DNA of 64,000 nucleotides from a virus (Duplodnaviria; Heunggongvirae; Uroviricota; Caudoviricetes): IMG/VR virus record IMGVR_UViG_3300037067_007156, positions 493,519 to 557,518 of that record; one strand, 5' to 3'. Shown piece by piece: positions 1 to 12,322 of this stretch (position 1 is its first letter; each line of letters starts with the position of its first letter). The notes under the pieces were generated by a model. It saw only the letters and a program-made list of their open reading frames with translations, ran no database searches and was not told where the DNA came from. The position numbers and the translations under genes were made by a program.

Positions 1-558
1 TATTAAACATTTAAAATTATATATTATGACAATTACATTATTTGTTGAGCCAAAATCATTAGTGATTTTTCTCGAAGTAACCAAAATTCTTAAAGGATTA
101 GATTTAGAAAACAGCTACCATTTTACACCATCAGATTTGATTTTCAGCGAAGGAATGATTTCAAATTGGATTTGGATTAATATGGAAATTGAAGAATATT
201 TAAAACTAAAATATTGCATTGGAAAGCTGTCATCGAAAACTTCGTAATTTAATTTTTTAAATTATTTAAAATATATAATTATGAGTAGTATGCTTACAAC
301 AACAGCCTCAACTTTAAAAGCAGTACTTTGTTTTATTGACGCTGAAAAAACACCGAAAATCGCATTCGATGATGATTCATTGGCGATTCCTCTTATAAAT
401 AAAATGAAAGAATCTCTTGGTGAAAGAGATGGTAGCCAAACTGTGTATATTAGTTTTAATGACGAGGAAGAAGAATTACTCAGACAGTTTAATGGAGTGT
501 GTGGTAATATAAAAAATATATTCAGTTCGATTGAATATTGTACTAAACAATAATAATA

Positions 559-768
559 GTGTATATTAAACAAAATTTCGATTGTACATATAGTGTGTGT
601 GATTCACAAAATCATAGTTTACATACATTTCGTGATTACAATGAAGCTCAGAAATACATTCAATGTTTAATGGGTACACCATCGAATGAACCAAAAACAA
701 AAAGTAAAGCTGAAATAAAAAGAGAAGAACGAAAGACGAAATTAAAAAAATTGTTTAATTTTGATTAA
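559..768 (+). CDS. small hypothetical protein with C-terminal RxxKLxxL tag
   Basis: ORF ends REERKTKLKKLFNFD. Confidence 0.65.
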   Translation: MYIKQNFDCTYSVCDSQNHSLHTFRDYNEAQKYIQCLMGTPSNEPKTKSKAEIKREERKTKLKKLFNFD

Positions 769-785
769 AATTAAATAATAAAAAT

Positions 786-1265
786 ATGGCACGGTTCTAT
801 AAAGAAATTGATAAAGAAACTTTTTTGAAAAAAGTTCAAGATGTGATGAAAAGTGAAGATGAAAATGGTAATGATAAATACCCATATGTTCTTCCGAAAC
901 CAATAGAAAAAGATTTAAAAAAAGTCAATTTTAGTTTTGAAAATTATAAATGGTTTGATGATACTTCTGGATTTAGTGATTACCCAATAGGATATAAAGA
1001 AATTGCACCAAACTTTCATATTTTCTTTACTCATGCAGGTGGTGATTGGGAATATCCAATATGTTTTATTTTTTATTGGGGTGATGATAAATTGAGAGCA
1101 TATATCCCAAGTGACGGAAACGCATGGAATAAAAAGGAAAAATGTGCGTATGGTTCTGAAAAGGATTATGATAATACAGAAGGTAATGCAGATGAAGTTC
1201 ATGATAAAGAAATAAGTGAAGAAAAAATGATAACAGAAATTCTTCATCATATCACAAAAAAATAA
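786..1265 (+). CDS. hypothetical phage protein
   Basis: 159-aa ORF in co-directional array; GGDWEYP motif; no function recognised. Confidence 0.7.
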   Translation: MARFYKEIDKETFLKKVQDVMKSEDENGNDKYPYVLPKPIEKDLKKVNFSFENYKWFDDTSGFSDYPIGYKEIAPNFHIFFTHAGGDWEYPICFIFYWGDDKLRAYIPSDGNAWNKKEKCAYGSEKDYDNTEGNADEVHDKEISEEKMITEILHHITKK

Positions 1266-1940
1266 TATAATGGAAAAAGAATTACAATTAGCCTTATTAG
1301 AAGGTATCTGGTTAATGAGGTGGAATAAGAAGAAAACTGCAATGTCAGCTGTTTTAACTGTCGAAGAAGCTCAACAGATGTGTAAAGATATTGTTGAAGA
1401 ATTAAATAATGCTGGTTACGAAATAGTCAAGAAAAAAGTGAAAGATATCAGAGTTCCTGTCGTAGGTGACCAATTAAAAGCTAAACACGATTATCTTGAT
1501 TTATTTCAAAAAGATGAAACTTATGAGATTTACCTAAAAGAAAACAATTTAGGTGATGACATGTTTTATTTATTTGAAATTAATTCTGGTAAAAAAATAT
1601 CAGACTGGGGACTAAAACTATACGAAATAAACTTACATTTTAATTTTTTAAATTAAAACATATGAATATTATTGAAGACTACTCAACTGGTATGAACTAC
1701 CTCGATGAACTTATTTCTTCATCTAAAGATAATAAACAAAAAGAAGCTTTTGAAGAAAGTAAACGTGCATGGGAAGAACAAACTAAAATTGAAAATAAAT
1801 ATAATAGTAAACATGGTATATTTACTATACCACAACTGTTTGAACCACATTTTAGAATTATTGGTGTAACAGAGTTAGGTAATTTAGTTATTAATTATTT
1901 AACTACATACGATGTTTAATCAAAAATATAGAACATTACA

Positions 1941-2402
1941 ATGACTTTTGAAGAAAAAACATTGAATTTATTATCTATTATACCCAAAGAACAGAAAGAA
2001 CGGGTATTTGGACAACGGTGTTGTGATATAGATACTGAATTTATTGGATTTATTGAAATATATGAATATCTATCTTTAATTATACCTAAAAACTTCACAA
2101 TTGTCGATTTGGGTTGTGCTTATAATCCTCAATGTTTTTACTTCATTAATCATAAAAAATATATAGCTGTTGATATTAGTGAATGTGAAAAGTTCAAAAC
2201 TGATAATTGTGAAATATATCAAAAAACCATATCAGATTTTATTAAAAACGACCTTATAACTCTTAATTTGAAAGAAACATTTGCAATATGTAATTATGTT
2301 CCATCTTGGGGTGATGATAATATGAAACTTGTCCGAGAATCGTTTATCAATGTTTTTGTTTATTATCCGTATAGTGAAAAAGTGTTAAATTTTAAATTTT
2401 AA
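1941..2402 (+). CDS. putative SAM-dependent methyltransferase-like protein
   Basis: IVDLGCA motif-I-like sequence followed by YIAVD strand. Confidence 0.45.
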   Translation: MTFEEKTLNLLSIIPKEQKERVFGQRCCDIDTEFIGFIEIYEYLSLIIPKNFTIVDLGCAYNPQCFYFINHKKYIAVDISECEKFKTDNCEIYQKTISDFIKNDLITLNLKETFAICNYVPSWGDDNMKLVRESFINVFVYYPYSEKVLNFKF

Positions 2403-2488
2403 TATTCGTTTAGGGTTAAATATTGAAGTATATTTTTGAATATGATTTCACTTTAAAGAAAAATAAACAGGGATATTTTTATTTTTGT

Positions 2489-2767
2489 TTATTTATCAAT
2501 TTTCAACCACATTTTTTTAGGACATTCCTCTGATTTAACATTTATTTTAGCTGGAATATAACAAGAACACACTTTACATATATTTATTGATGACCTTTCT
2601 CTACATAAAAAACATATTTTAGCCCTTCGTTCTAAGAATGACTCATTTTTATTTTTACCTATTATTAAGTTAGTCCACCCTTCTACAATATTAGCAGTTT
2701 TTTGTGTAGCTTTATTAATAATATTTTTTGTGTAAGATGTCTTGTTGTTATTACAATTACAGCCCAT
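2489..2767 (-). CDS. small Cys-rich phage protein
   Basis: MGCNC start, CxxC...CxxCxC...CP..W pattern; TAATATATA motif upstream. Confidence 0.65.
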   Translation of the reverse strand: MGCNCNNNKTSYTKNIINKATQKTANIVEGWTNLIIGKNKNESFLERRAKICFLCRERSSINICKVCSCYIPAKINVKSEECPKKMWLKIDK

Positions 2768-3011
2768 TAAAAGTTTTTGTAATTATATATTAAATTAATT
2801 ATTTGTCTAATAATTTTTTTATTAATTATTATTTTTATATTTTTGATACCAAATTTATAAAAATGTTTATATGAGTGATATTAAAAAATCTAAAAAATCA
2901 TTGTTCACCGAAATCGTTGAACAGGTCACTTATAATGTAGATAAATTATCTAAAGAAGATTTAGGTGATATCCTTGAATATATTAAACAAAAAAACAATA
3001 AATAAACACAC

Positions 3012-4235
3012 ATGAAAACAATCGATATTTTAAAAAAGGTAAAAGAAGGTTCAATGACCATAGAAGATGCTGCTCGTGATATCGATGAAAAACAGTTATT
3101 ATCTGAACATCCTTCCTCTATTTTTCCATATTTTGGTATGATGGATAGATTTTTTGAATCTGATGATATAGGTTCACTTTATTCCATATATAAAAGAAAT
3201 ATTAATATTGGTTTGGTTAGACCTTCTGTTTTCCACATAGAGGCTGAACTATATAATAATATTTTTATTATGAATAACGAAGCGAAAATTGTTATTGATT
3301 CTGATGAATATCGAGTTATAAATTTTGAAACAATTCCAGCCTTCTTTTATTATGCACAAAAATTCAACTGGACAAAAACAAAAATATTTAATTTATCTTC
3401 CGAAGATGTTAACGAAATTTATTTAATTATCAACAGAAAACTTATAATAACCGATTCACCAGATAGAATGTATCTTATATGTTCAAAAACGAATACGTTT
3501 ATTAATACACTTAACGAATCATCTGTTGATAATCTTCGTAAACTTCAATCAATAATTGGAGAGAATATTGTTCCTTTAAGTTTGATTTTATCAAAAATGT
3601 ATGTTGAGGTGAGAACAAACGAAAATATATTTATAGTAAAGGATAAAAACTTAAAATATAGTGTTATAAATAAAAATGGTGACATTATAACCAACTGTTT
3701 ATATGATAATATAAATGATTTTAGAGAGGGTGTATCTATTGTTAGACTTGATAACAAGAAGGGTTTTATTGATAAAAACGGTAAACTAATTGTTGATGTC
3801 AAATATGATGAAATTCATTTTTATAGAGAAAATAAAATTGTGGCCGCTATTGAAAATAAGTATTGTATATTAAATATGTGTGGTGAAATTGTTATACCAG
3901 CAATATATAATTACATAGACACTAAAAAGTATAATGATATATATTATTTTTTGTTAATTAAAGATGGATTATGTGGTATACTTGATTTCAATTGTAATGT
4001 TATATTAGAAACTATTTATAAGAATTTACAATATATTAAAAATGGTTTTTTTACTTTTAGAAGTAATGACGACAATTATATTGGTGTTATTGATATTAAG
4101 GGTAAAATGATTTTAACCCCAGAATATAAAAACGTAAATATTAATAGACTTAATATTGAAGCGTCTGGTTTTAAAGATGATAAAAAAACAAAAGTATATC
4201 GGTTTGATTTCAATGGTGAATTAATTAAAGAATAA
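3012..4235 (+). CDS. WG-repeat (KWG-type beta-repeat) protein
   Basis: repeats GFIDKNGKLIVDVKYD, GILDFNCNVILETIY, GVIDIKGKMILTPEY. Confidence 0.75.
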   Translation: MKTIDILKKVKEGSMTIEDAARDIDEKQLLSEHPSSIFPYFGMMDRFFESDDIGSLYSIYKRNINIGLVRPSVFHIEAELYNNIFIMNNEAKIVIDSDEYRVINFETIPAFFYYAQKFNWTKTKIFNLSSEDVNEIYLIINRKLIITDSPDRMYLICSKTNTFINTLNESSVDNLRKLQSIIGENIVPLSLILSKMYVEVRTNENIFIVKDKNLKYSVINKNGDIITNCLYDNINDFREGVSIVRLDNKKGFIDKNGKLIVDVKYDEIHFYRENKIVAAIENKYCILNMCGEIVIPAIYNYIDTKKYNDIYYFLLIKDGLCGILDFNCNVILETIYKNLQYIKNGFFTFRSNDDNYIGVIDIKGKMILTPEYKNVNINRLNIEASGFKDDKKTKVYRFDFNGELIKE

Positions 4236-4268
4236 TTTTTATTAACTAACAAATAAAACAATACAAAA

Positions 4269-4871
4269 ATGAGTAAAACAACAAAATGGATTATTGCAGG
4301 TTCTGTATTAGGACTTATTGCAATTTTAACTATATCCATAATTGGATATAATTGGCGAGTTGATAACAAGCTGAAAGATGCTAAAAACCTATTTATCGCT
4401 CAGTATGATGTTTGTAAAGTATCACATGATGAGATGGTTAAAATCATTAAACAAACAGCTAATGTATCAGACCATTTTATGGATAAATATGGTGAAAATG
4501 TAATCGCTGAACTTGTAAAAGGCCGGGAATCAAAAGGTGAAGTTATGCGTTGGATAACTGAAGATAATCCCGAATTTAATGGTGATATTCTTTATAAAAA
4601 GTTAATGGATAATATTGAAGTTGAACGCATGAAATTTACACGGGCGCAGACAAGAGCCATTGATATTCGCAAAGAAATTATGAATATGATTGAAAATAAA
4701 CCCCAATGTATTTTTGTCGATAAGAAATATAAAGATTATACACTGATTGATGGTAAAAAGGTTTACGCTGATGAACAAGTTCAAATGATATATTCATATA
4801 AACCTGTCACTTCAACTCGTACCGAAAAAGTATTTGAAACTGGTGTAGATGACGATATTGAAGTATTTTAA
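4269..4871 (+). CDS. membrane-anchored helical protein (possibly LemA-like)
   Basis: single N-terminal TM segment then helical soluble domain. Confidence 0.55.
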   Translation: MSKTTKWIIAGSVLGLIAILTISIIGYNWRVDNKLKDAKNLFIAQYDVCKVSHDEMVKIIKQTANVSDHFMDKYGENVIAELVKGRESKGEVMRWITEDNPEFNGDILYKKLMDNIEVERMKFTRAQTRAIDIRKEIMNMIENKPQCIFVDKKYKDYTLIDGKKVYADEQVQMIYSYKPVTSTRTEKVFETGVDDDIEVF

Positions 4872-4891
4872 ATTTTAAATAAAAAAAAGAA

Positions 4892-6154
4892 ATGGGAATA
4901 GAATATTTTATTAATCTGTTTTTCTCTGCTACTGTTATCATAATAATCTTAGCTGTTAAACAATTAAGAGTGCGTGTAAACTGGTGGGAAATGTTGATGA
5001 TAATACTAATCCCATTTCTTTTTTCTCTGCTTTTTATATCAATTGTAATAAATCAAAAAACTAAAACTACTGAATATTACGGTTCTGTTGTCACCAATTT
5101 ATATGAAAGAGAACCGTATAATGAATGGCATCACGAAATTTGTCATCGGGATGTCCCTTGTGGAACAGATAAAGACGGCAATACTATATATTGTTCAGAA
5201 CCTTATGATTGCTCACATCAGGATGACTATTGTGCTGATTGGTATTTGAAAACAAATATAGGCGAAAATATAAATCTTAATGAACAAGATTATTATTATT
5301 TCTTAAATAAAATAGGTGGTCAAAGAAATGTTATAGACCAGATTGAAAATTATGCCCCCAGAGATAAAGTGAAAACTTGCTGGGATAATAAATCTAAATT
5401 TAAAGGAAAATGTGTTGGTGAAATATCTAATAAATATGAATCAATAATTTCAATTACTTCTCCTTTATCTAAACAAATTGGCGTGATTACAGAACACACA
5501 TACGAAAATCGTTTAAAAAATACCGATTATTCCGTATTCGGATACCAAAAAGTTGATACAGCAGATGTTAAATATTTTGGTTTGTATGAATTACCAAACC
5601 CCGAAAACTATTTTTATCAAGAAATTATACTGGGTGAAAATATATCACCTAAAATCCAAGAATATTTTAATACAATGAATGGATGGATTGGTAGTAAAGA
5701 TTCTTGTAGAGTATTCATTTGTCTTTTCAAAAATAAACCTCAATCAGTTGGTTTATTACAAGAATCTTATTGGGTTGGTGGTAACAAAAATGAAATAACT
5801 ATATGTATTGGATTAGATAATAACGATTCCATTCAATGGGTATATCCTTTCTCACATTCTTTTACAAAATCTGGTACATTACAACAAGATTTAAAAGACT
5901 TTTTTTATAACTTACCTAAACTGACTGATAATGTGTGGTATATTGTAGCAGATAATTTACTTATACAGATTCATAGTAAATTTCATAGAATTGAATTTAC
6001 TAATCCATCTGAAGGATTTTCTTATTTAAGAATAGACCCGCCACAATGGGCAGTTATACTTAATATTATACTCACGTTACTTATATGTCTTGGTGTGACG
6101 GCTTTTTCAGTTTTTAACAAATTTGATAATAAGTTATTAAAAAATAACGAATGA
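4892..6154 (+). CDS. membrane protein with large extracytoplasmic domain
   Basis: two N-terminal and one C-terminal TM segments; Cys-rich loop; GGNKNE motif. Confidence 0.65.
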   Translation: MGIEYFINLFFSATVIIIILAVKQLRVRVNWWEMLMIILIPFLFSLLFISIVINQKTKTTEYYGSVVTNLYEREPYNEWHHEICHRDVPCGTDKDGNTIYCSEPYDCSHQDDYCADWYLKTNIGENINLNEQDYYYFLNKIGGQRNVIDQIENYAPRDKVKTCWDNKSKFKGKCVGEISNKYESIISITSPLSKQIGVITEHTYENRLKNTDYSVFGYQKVDTADVKYFGLYELPNPENYFYQEIILGENISPKIQEYFNTMNGWIGSKDSCRVFICLFKNKPQSVGLLQESYWVGGNKNEITICIGLDNNDSIQWVYPFSHSFTKSGTLQQDLKDFFYNLPKLTDNVWYIVADNLLIQIHSKFHRIEFTNPSEGFSYLRIDPPQWAVILNIILTLLICLGVTAFSVFNKFDNKLLKNNE

Positions 6155-6576
6155 AAAACATGAGCGTGAATTTGACAATTAGTAAATAATCAAAGTGTCA
6201 TTAAGTTTATCATTTTTATAAAAAATTAAAACAGTTTACATCAAATAAATCTAAATATGGAACAATTTAGCAATGCCATTTTACTCACTGGTGGAAAAAA
6301 TATTATTAAACGACCTTTTAAAAAAGAAAGTATTATCATAGGAATTAAAGGTAACACTGAAGAATTTAAAGTACTTGGTTATATTAATCATTTAATGGTT
6401 TTAAAACCATTAAATGATGCAGCATTTTTAACTGAAAAGGAAGAATTACCAGAACTTAAGAAATTTGCTTTAAAAAATGGTTATAAAGCTATCGATAGAC
6501 CCATATTAATACATTATCGATATGCTGACCGATATCAGAAAAAATAATTGTTAACTTGATATTTACATTTTAAGGT

Positions 6577-6607
6577 TTTGTTAAATGATAATTAATTATT
6601 ATTTTTG
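6577..6607 (+). promoter_or_regulatory. Bacteroidota sigma-A-type promoter (-33 TTTG / -7 TAnnTTTG)
   Basis: TTTG 6577-6580, 19-nt spacer, TATTTTTG 6600-6607, upstream of ATG 6626. Confidence 0.6.
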
Positions 6608-6625
6608 ACCCAAATATACTAATTT

Positions 6626-7492
6626 ATGTATAATAAATTCGTTTGGATTATTGAAAAATATGTGTTCGATGAATACGAACAGAAACTTATAGATGCTATA
6701 AAGGCTACTGATAGTGAATATATTGTTTATGATTATAATTCAATTGATTCCAATCTTGAATCCGATTTAGTTCAAAAATTAATACCAAGTAATATAGTTA
6801 TATTTCACGGTGGACTTCAACTTGGGAGAAAAATGTTAAAACTTTCTCTTTATCCTTGTACTTTTTTAACCATTGAAAATTATGAATGTTATAAATATTA
6901 TGGTTTTTATGGAAACCATCTTTTAAATTCTGATTATATGATGATGGGTCTCAACGATGTTGAGAGAAATAAAGAAATCATCTTTAATAGGTTTAATACT
7001 TCAAAAATATTCATACGCCCTTCTAATGGATATAAATCTTTTACAGGTCAGTGTTTGTCATTTGATAATTTCAAAAATGATTTAGAATTATTGAAAATAT
7101 CTTATGGTGGATTAGATTTAACTCAATTAGTAGTTATTTCTTCACTAAAAGACCTTGAAGAAGAATATCGTTTTGTAGTTGTGGATGGGAAAATAGTATC
7201 TGGAACTATGTATTTAGATAAAAATAATAGACCTTCATATTATGCGTATTATGATAAACCATGTATGGATAATAAAGCTGAAGAGTATGCAAACTTATTA
7301 TTAGGATTATATGTACCAGATTCAGCTTTTACTATGGATATAGTTCGTTTATCCAGTGGTGAATATAAATTGGTTGAAATTAATTCCTTTAATTGTGCCA
7401 GTATGTATGGGGGTGATTATAAACGAATTGTTGAAGCGATTAATGAATTAAGTTACAACGAATATATGGAAGTGTACGGACGCATTAATTAA
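6626..7492 (+). CDS. ATP-grasp domain protein (DUF4343-like)
   Basis: FIRPSNGYKSFTG, EYRFVVVDGKIV, AFTMD, VEINSFNCASMY motifs. Confidence 0.8.
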   Translation: MYNKFVWIIEKYVFDEYEQKLIDAIKATDSEYIVYDYNSIDSNLESDLVQKLIPSNIVIFHGGLQLGRKMLKLSLYPCTFLTIENYECYKYYGFYGNHLLNSDYMMMGLNDVERNKEIIFNRFNTSKIFIRPSNGYKSFTGQCLSFDNFKNDLELLKISYGGLDLTQLVVISSLKDLEEEYRFVVVDGKIVSGTMYLDKNNRPSYYAYYDKPCMDNKAEEYANLLLGLYVPDSAFTMDIVRLSSGEYKLVEINSFNCASMYGGDYKRIVEAINELSYNEYMEVYGRIN

Positions 7493-7500
7493 ATAACCCT

Positions 7501-8010
7501 ATGAAAAAAATTATTTTATTTATTTTGTTTTTTGTTGCATTTATATCTATAAATGCCCAGACAATCTTATTTGACCAGATATCATCTGGTATATCTTTGA
7601 ATAAATATCATACATATTGTATGTATAGATATAACTATGTGGAAGATAATATGTACAAAACAACTTTATATGATGTTGATACATTTGTAATCGGTGCAAT
7701 TGTAAATAAGAGACATTTTGTTAGTGGTATTTTTATGTGCGGTTATCCACAAACATCAATGGATATACACTCAAAATTAAAAAAATGGGTATCTAAATTT
7801 TCAAGTGACTTAAAAAAAGTATATGGTCAACCAGTTTATAGTCGAGTATGGGATAAAAATTTTTTAGTTAATACTGACGAATTGGTTACTATTTATAAAT
7901 TTAAAAATGGAAATGTTGAATTAACTTTAGATATATCAGAGAATAATGGATTCTATTATGTCTATATGGAAATATTAGATTTGAAATTTTATGATGGTGA
8001 AAAAAATTAA
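7501..8010 (+). CDS. exported protein with signal peptide
   Basis: MKKIILFILFFVAFISINA-Q signal typical of Bacteroidota. Confidence 0.65.
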   Translation: MKKIILFILFFVAFISINAQTILFDQISSGISLNKYHTYCMYRYNYVEDNMYKTTLYDVDTFVIGAIVNKRHFVSGIFMCGYPQTSMDIHSKLKKWVSKFSSDLKKVYGQPVYSRVWDKNFLVNTDELVTIYKFKNGNVELTLDISENNGFYYVYMEILDLKFYDGEKN

Positions 8011-9922
8011 AAAATAAAAATTATGATAATTACTTGGAAAAGTTTAATTAACGAAAAATCATGGTTGAATTCTTGTATTATGAATTCTTTAACTGGTGAA
8101 TGTATCGAAAGCGGTCGTGAAAAACAACAATACGAAGTTAAATTATTGGTTAATGGCATAGAACTTGAACCAAAATTGTTAGAGGATTTAATTTTAAATG
8201 TTGTTAAACACATCGATATTGAAGCATTGAAAGTAGCCGATGATAAATTAAAGGACGCATTACATGACGTTGAAGATTTGAACGATATCATCAAAGAAGT
8301 TTCGTATAAAATACGGGATAAATTCGATATTCCCAATTTAGAACATGATGGTGATAACTATTAAAAAAATTGTTATACCAGAAGATTCAAAAATACCAGA
8401 AGTTATTCAGCATCTTATAGATAAGATGGAAGAAAAAAATATGAAAATTGTTTTTGGTCTGGAAGCACAAGGACATATTCCTACTATCGAAAGAATACTT
8501 GATGAGTTGGGAAGTAATGAATATTCTTGGAATAAAATTGGAAAAGAAATTAACTGGTGTCCTAAGACGGCCTGTTATCATTATGTAACATATTTACGTT
8601 CGAAAATTAAAAAATTAATTTAAATTGTATGAATGAATTAGAATTAAAAGAATACTTAAAGAATCATCTGAAAGTCAAAGTTTCTCAATCACATCGTGGG
8701 AAAATTGTAGTGGAATTATTATTGGATGATGAAGTAATAACAGAAGATAGTTCATCTATGTACGGTAGTGGTAAATGTGGCCCGATGTAAATAATATTAG
8801 TATACTTTCTAATAATTTCAAACAGTCTTCTATTAAAAAAATAAATAAAAACGAGAATAATCATGGAAATAGTTAAAAGAGGAAATCCAGAAGGTAAAAC
8901 AGTTGAGAGAACGTGTGAAAACTGTGAAACAATAATACGTGCTAAAGTATCCGAATTTAATAAGGGTGGTTCACATGGTGTTTATTTGAAATGTCCCATA
9001 TGTGGTTGGTTTATTTATTATTAAAATGAATTTTTTTTTTATAATTTTTTTATATATTTTTACCAAATAATAATAAAAATATAAAATTATAAATAACTTA
9101 AATACGAAAACAAATGAGTGATAAACCAGAAAAACCACAATTAAATACACCTGTTGTTGATGGTAATTTTTATTGGGTTCGTCCTTTTTACGGAAAGGAT
9201 TTTGAACCAGCAAAAGCAAAATATCGTTATGGTAGCAAAGAATTATTTTTTGGATTTACTGATGGAAGTGTAATGGAAGTAAAACGTGCTTGGGAAGTCA
9301 AACCATTAAATTACTGTTAACGATATAATATTAATCTCTCTTAAGTTAAACATAACTTATAAATATTTAAATACCCTAAAATATGTATATAGAATTCATA
9401 AATCAGACTAATAACGCTTCTATGATGACTGCTACTGAATCGTGTATAGCTGCTGATTTAGGTATGTCATATGATTATGATGGTAAGTTGTCTGAAAATA
9501 CAACTAAGGAAACCTTCAAATCTTTTTTCAATTTTTATGATACAAATTTTGATGGTGTAGAACTTGACGATATAAATGGTGAAAGACAAGTTATTGTTTG
9601 TTTTGTAGAAAATGGTCAATACTGGGCGTGTAGTAGTAAATCCACCATTAAACTGAAAATGTATAATCGCACACTCAAAGAAAAATGGGATTTGATTTAT
9701 ATTGCATGTTCTCTATATTTAAATTTAGATGTGGAGATTGATGAAAACGTTTATGATTTGATTGATTAATTATGGAAGATTCAATCATTATCAATTTGAG
9801 GGTATTAAACCAAGAATGTCGTGATAAAATCGAAAAGATTTTAGATACTCCGTTAAATGTTGTTCCTGATGAGGTAAACGAAGAAGTGTTGGAAGTATTT
9901 CGAAATTTTTCAGAATAGTAAG

Positions 9923-10570
9923 ATGAGAGATGAAATTCGTTTAATAAAGAAAATGGATGTAAACACATTACATCGGTTTGATTTCCAGAAATGTTATAAT
10001 AACTGGCTGCATGAACATTTTATTTTATATAAATCTCCAGCACCCATCCGTTTAAAAAAGGAAATACAGAAAATAAAAATATTATGGATTAAAGACGAAT
10101 TCCTTCTTTTTAGAATTTTATCAAAGGATTATTTAAAAACTGGTTATACTTGTCCAAAATGTGGGAGCAGTAAGGGGTTTATACCTACCAGATATAAAGT
10201 TATTGGTAAAGTATTGGAAACCCAAAAATGTGTGAAGGTGGAAAAACCTCGTACATTATCTTGCAGTGAATGTTCATTCACTTTTAATCCTCTGTCTACC
10301 ACAGCATATCGAAATGTAAAATATGATTTAAGAAAAATTTTCTTTTATCAATACATAAGTGAGGAAGGTATAATCGATTATCCGATTCGAACTATAATGA
10401 GAATATTAGATATAAGTTACCAGACAGCTAAAAAAATTAAACAACAAGTATCTGCAATGGAAAAACCATTTTCTGATGAAGAATTAAATAAATATATTTC
10501 CAACAAAACCGATGAACATCCTATGATTAAAGTATTATTACAATTAGGAAAATTAAAATATAACTCATGA
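9923..10570 (+). CDS. zinc-ribbon + HTH protein resembling IS1595 transposase N-terminus, no DDE domain
   Basis: CPKCGS...CSECSFTFNPLSTT, then IMRILDISYQTA HTH-like segment. Confidence 0.55.
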   Translation: MRDEIRLIKKMDVNTLHRFDFQKCYNNWLHEHFILYKSPAPIRLKKEIQKIKILWIKDEFLLFRILSKDYLKTGYTCPKCGSSKGFIPTRYKVIGKVLETQKCVKVEKPRTLSCSECSFTFNPLSTTAYRNVKYDLRKIFFYQYISEEGIIDYPIRTIMRILDISYQTAKKIKQQVSAMEKPFSDEELNKYISNKTDEHPMIKVLLQLGKLKYNS

Positions 10571-10917
10571 AAAATATATTCTATACATTTTTATTATTAC
10601 CGTTTATAATCAATGCCCAAGATAATAAATACCTACCATTGATAAACAAAGGTGTGGTTATCACACATCAAAATTATATTTTATCATATGTTGAAGAATA
10701 TGAAGGTAGTGAGTGGGTTGCTTATGAACTAACATATCCTGAAACAAAAAACAATGTAGATAGGAGAGATGGTGATTTTTTTGAGGATGATTCAGTTGAA
10801 ACTGGTTCTGCTACACATAAAGATTACACAAACACTGGTTATGATAGAGGATATTTAGCTCCAGCAGGTGATATGAATTTTGATTTACTGGCTATGCTGG
10901 AAAGTTTTAATATGTCT

Positions 10918-12322
10918 TAAAAAGCATCAACAAATATATAGAAATATGTAACAAAATGTACAATTTTATGCAAAAAATAAAAAGAGGACTTTTTTAATTT
11001 AATATATAAAAGAAAAAGTCTATATAGACCTAATGCAGTTAGTAGAACAACATATAATAAAAGATAATAATAAATATTACAAAGAATGTGACATTTTATG
11101 TTTTAAATCTAAGAATTTGTATAACAGTTGTTTATACGTTATAAGACAAGAATATATAAACAATAAAGTGAATGTTGTAAATAAATTACATCACTTGATG
11201 AAAAATTCATCAGATTATAAGGCATTACCAGCAAAAGTATCGTCAACAGTAATAAACATGGTAAATTTAAATTTTAAATCATTTTTCAAGGCATTAGAAA
11301 GTTATAATAAATATCCTCATTTATTTAAGGCAAGACCTAAATTACCTAAATACCTTGATAAAATTGATGGTAGGTTTATAGCAAGTTATACTAATCAAGC
11401 AATTTCTAAGAAAATATTTAAGAAAAGTAATAAAATAAAACTAAGTCAAACAAATATTGAATTTAAAACTAAGATAAATGACTTTAAACTAATTGATTGC
11501 GTGAGAATTGTTCCTAAAATAGGTTACTACGTTATAGAAGTGGTTTATACAATAAATGATATAAATAAATTAGAAAACAACAATAAATATATATCTATTG
11601 ATTTGGGTGTAAATAATTTAGCTACGTTGACTTCTAACGATATAAATTTTAAACCGTTAATTATAAACGGTAAACCATTAAAATCAATGAATCAATATTA
11701 CAACAAAAAAAGAGCAGAAATATGTTCAGTTTTAGAAACCAGAAATAAAAATAAAAAATCAAAAAAATTAAATAATTTAACGTTAAAGAGAAAAAATAAA
11801 GTAGATAATTATCTACATAAGAGTAGTAAAAAGATAATAGAAATATTAAAAGAGAAAGAAATAAATACACTTATCATTGGAAAAAATGATAATTGGAAGC
11901 AAGAGGTCGATATGATTAAAAAAAATAATCAAAATTTTGTTTCTATACCACACAGTAGATTTATAGAAATGTTAAAATATAAATGCGAAAAAAGTGGTTT
12001 AAATATTGTTATAATTGAAGAAAGTTATACCAGTAAAGCAAGTTTTTTAAACCTTGATTTTATACCTGTTTATAAAAAAGGTGATAACACTAAATATATT
12101 TTTTCTGGATACAGAGAAAATAGAGGTAATTATAAAATAAAAAGTTCTAATAAAAGAATTAATGCTGATGTAAATGGTAGTTATAACATTCTTAGAAAAG
12201 CAGTCCCGAATGCTTTTGCTGACGGGATAGAGGGGCTTGGAGTTGTCCCATCAATCATTAATATTGATAAATAAAACATATAGAAATATTCTTGTAGATT
12301 TTTCTATATTTTTTATAACTCT
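10918..12322 (+). mobile_element. non-autonomous tnpB-only insertion element (IS200/IS605/IS607 superfamily), 1405 bp
   Basis: removing it rejoins ATG TCT|AAT GTA TTA CCT CAA; TCT at both junctions; ATATAGAAATAT at both ends; right-end hairpin ATATAGAAA...TTTCTATAT; no tnpA. Confidence 0.85.
11033..12274 (+). CDS. tnpB: RNA-guided endonuclease TnpB
   Basis: MQLVEQHII start, RuvC motifs SIDLGVNN, EESYTSK, NADVNGSYNI. Confidence 0.92.
   Translation: MQLVEQHIIKDNNKYYKECDILCFKSKNLYNSCLYVIRQEYINNKVNVVNKLHHLMKNSSDYKALPAKVSSTVINMVNLNFKSFFKALESYNKYPHLFKARPKLPKYLDKIDGRFIASYTNQAISKKIFKKSNKIKLSQTNIEFKTKINDFKLIDCVRIVPKIGYYVIEVVYTINDINKLENNNKYISIDLGVNNLATLTSNDINFKPLIINGKPLKSMNQYYNKKRAEICSVLETRNKNKKSKKLNNLTLKRKNKVDNYLHKSSKKIIEILKEKEINTLIIGKNDNWKQEVDMIKKNNQNFVSIPHSRFIEMLKYKCEKSGLNIVIIEESYTSKASFLNLDFIPVYKKGDNTKYIFSGYRENRGNYKIKSSNKRINADVNGSYNILRKAVPNAFADGIEGLGVVPSIINIDK

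Noticed and set aside
10918-12322. IStron (group I intron + TnpB) that splices out of the nuclease mRNA
   Set aside because: Only ~115 nt precede tnpB, no group I core or terminal G is visible, and the host gene carries further inactivating changes.
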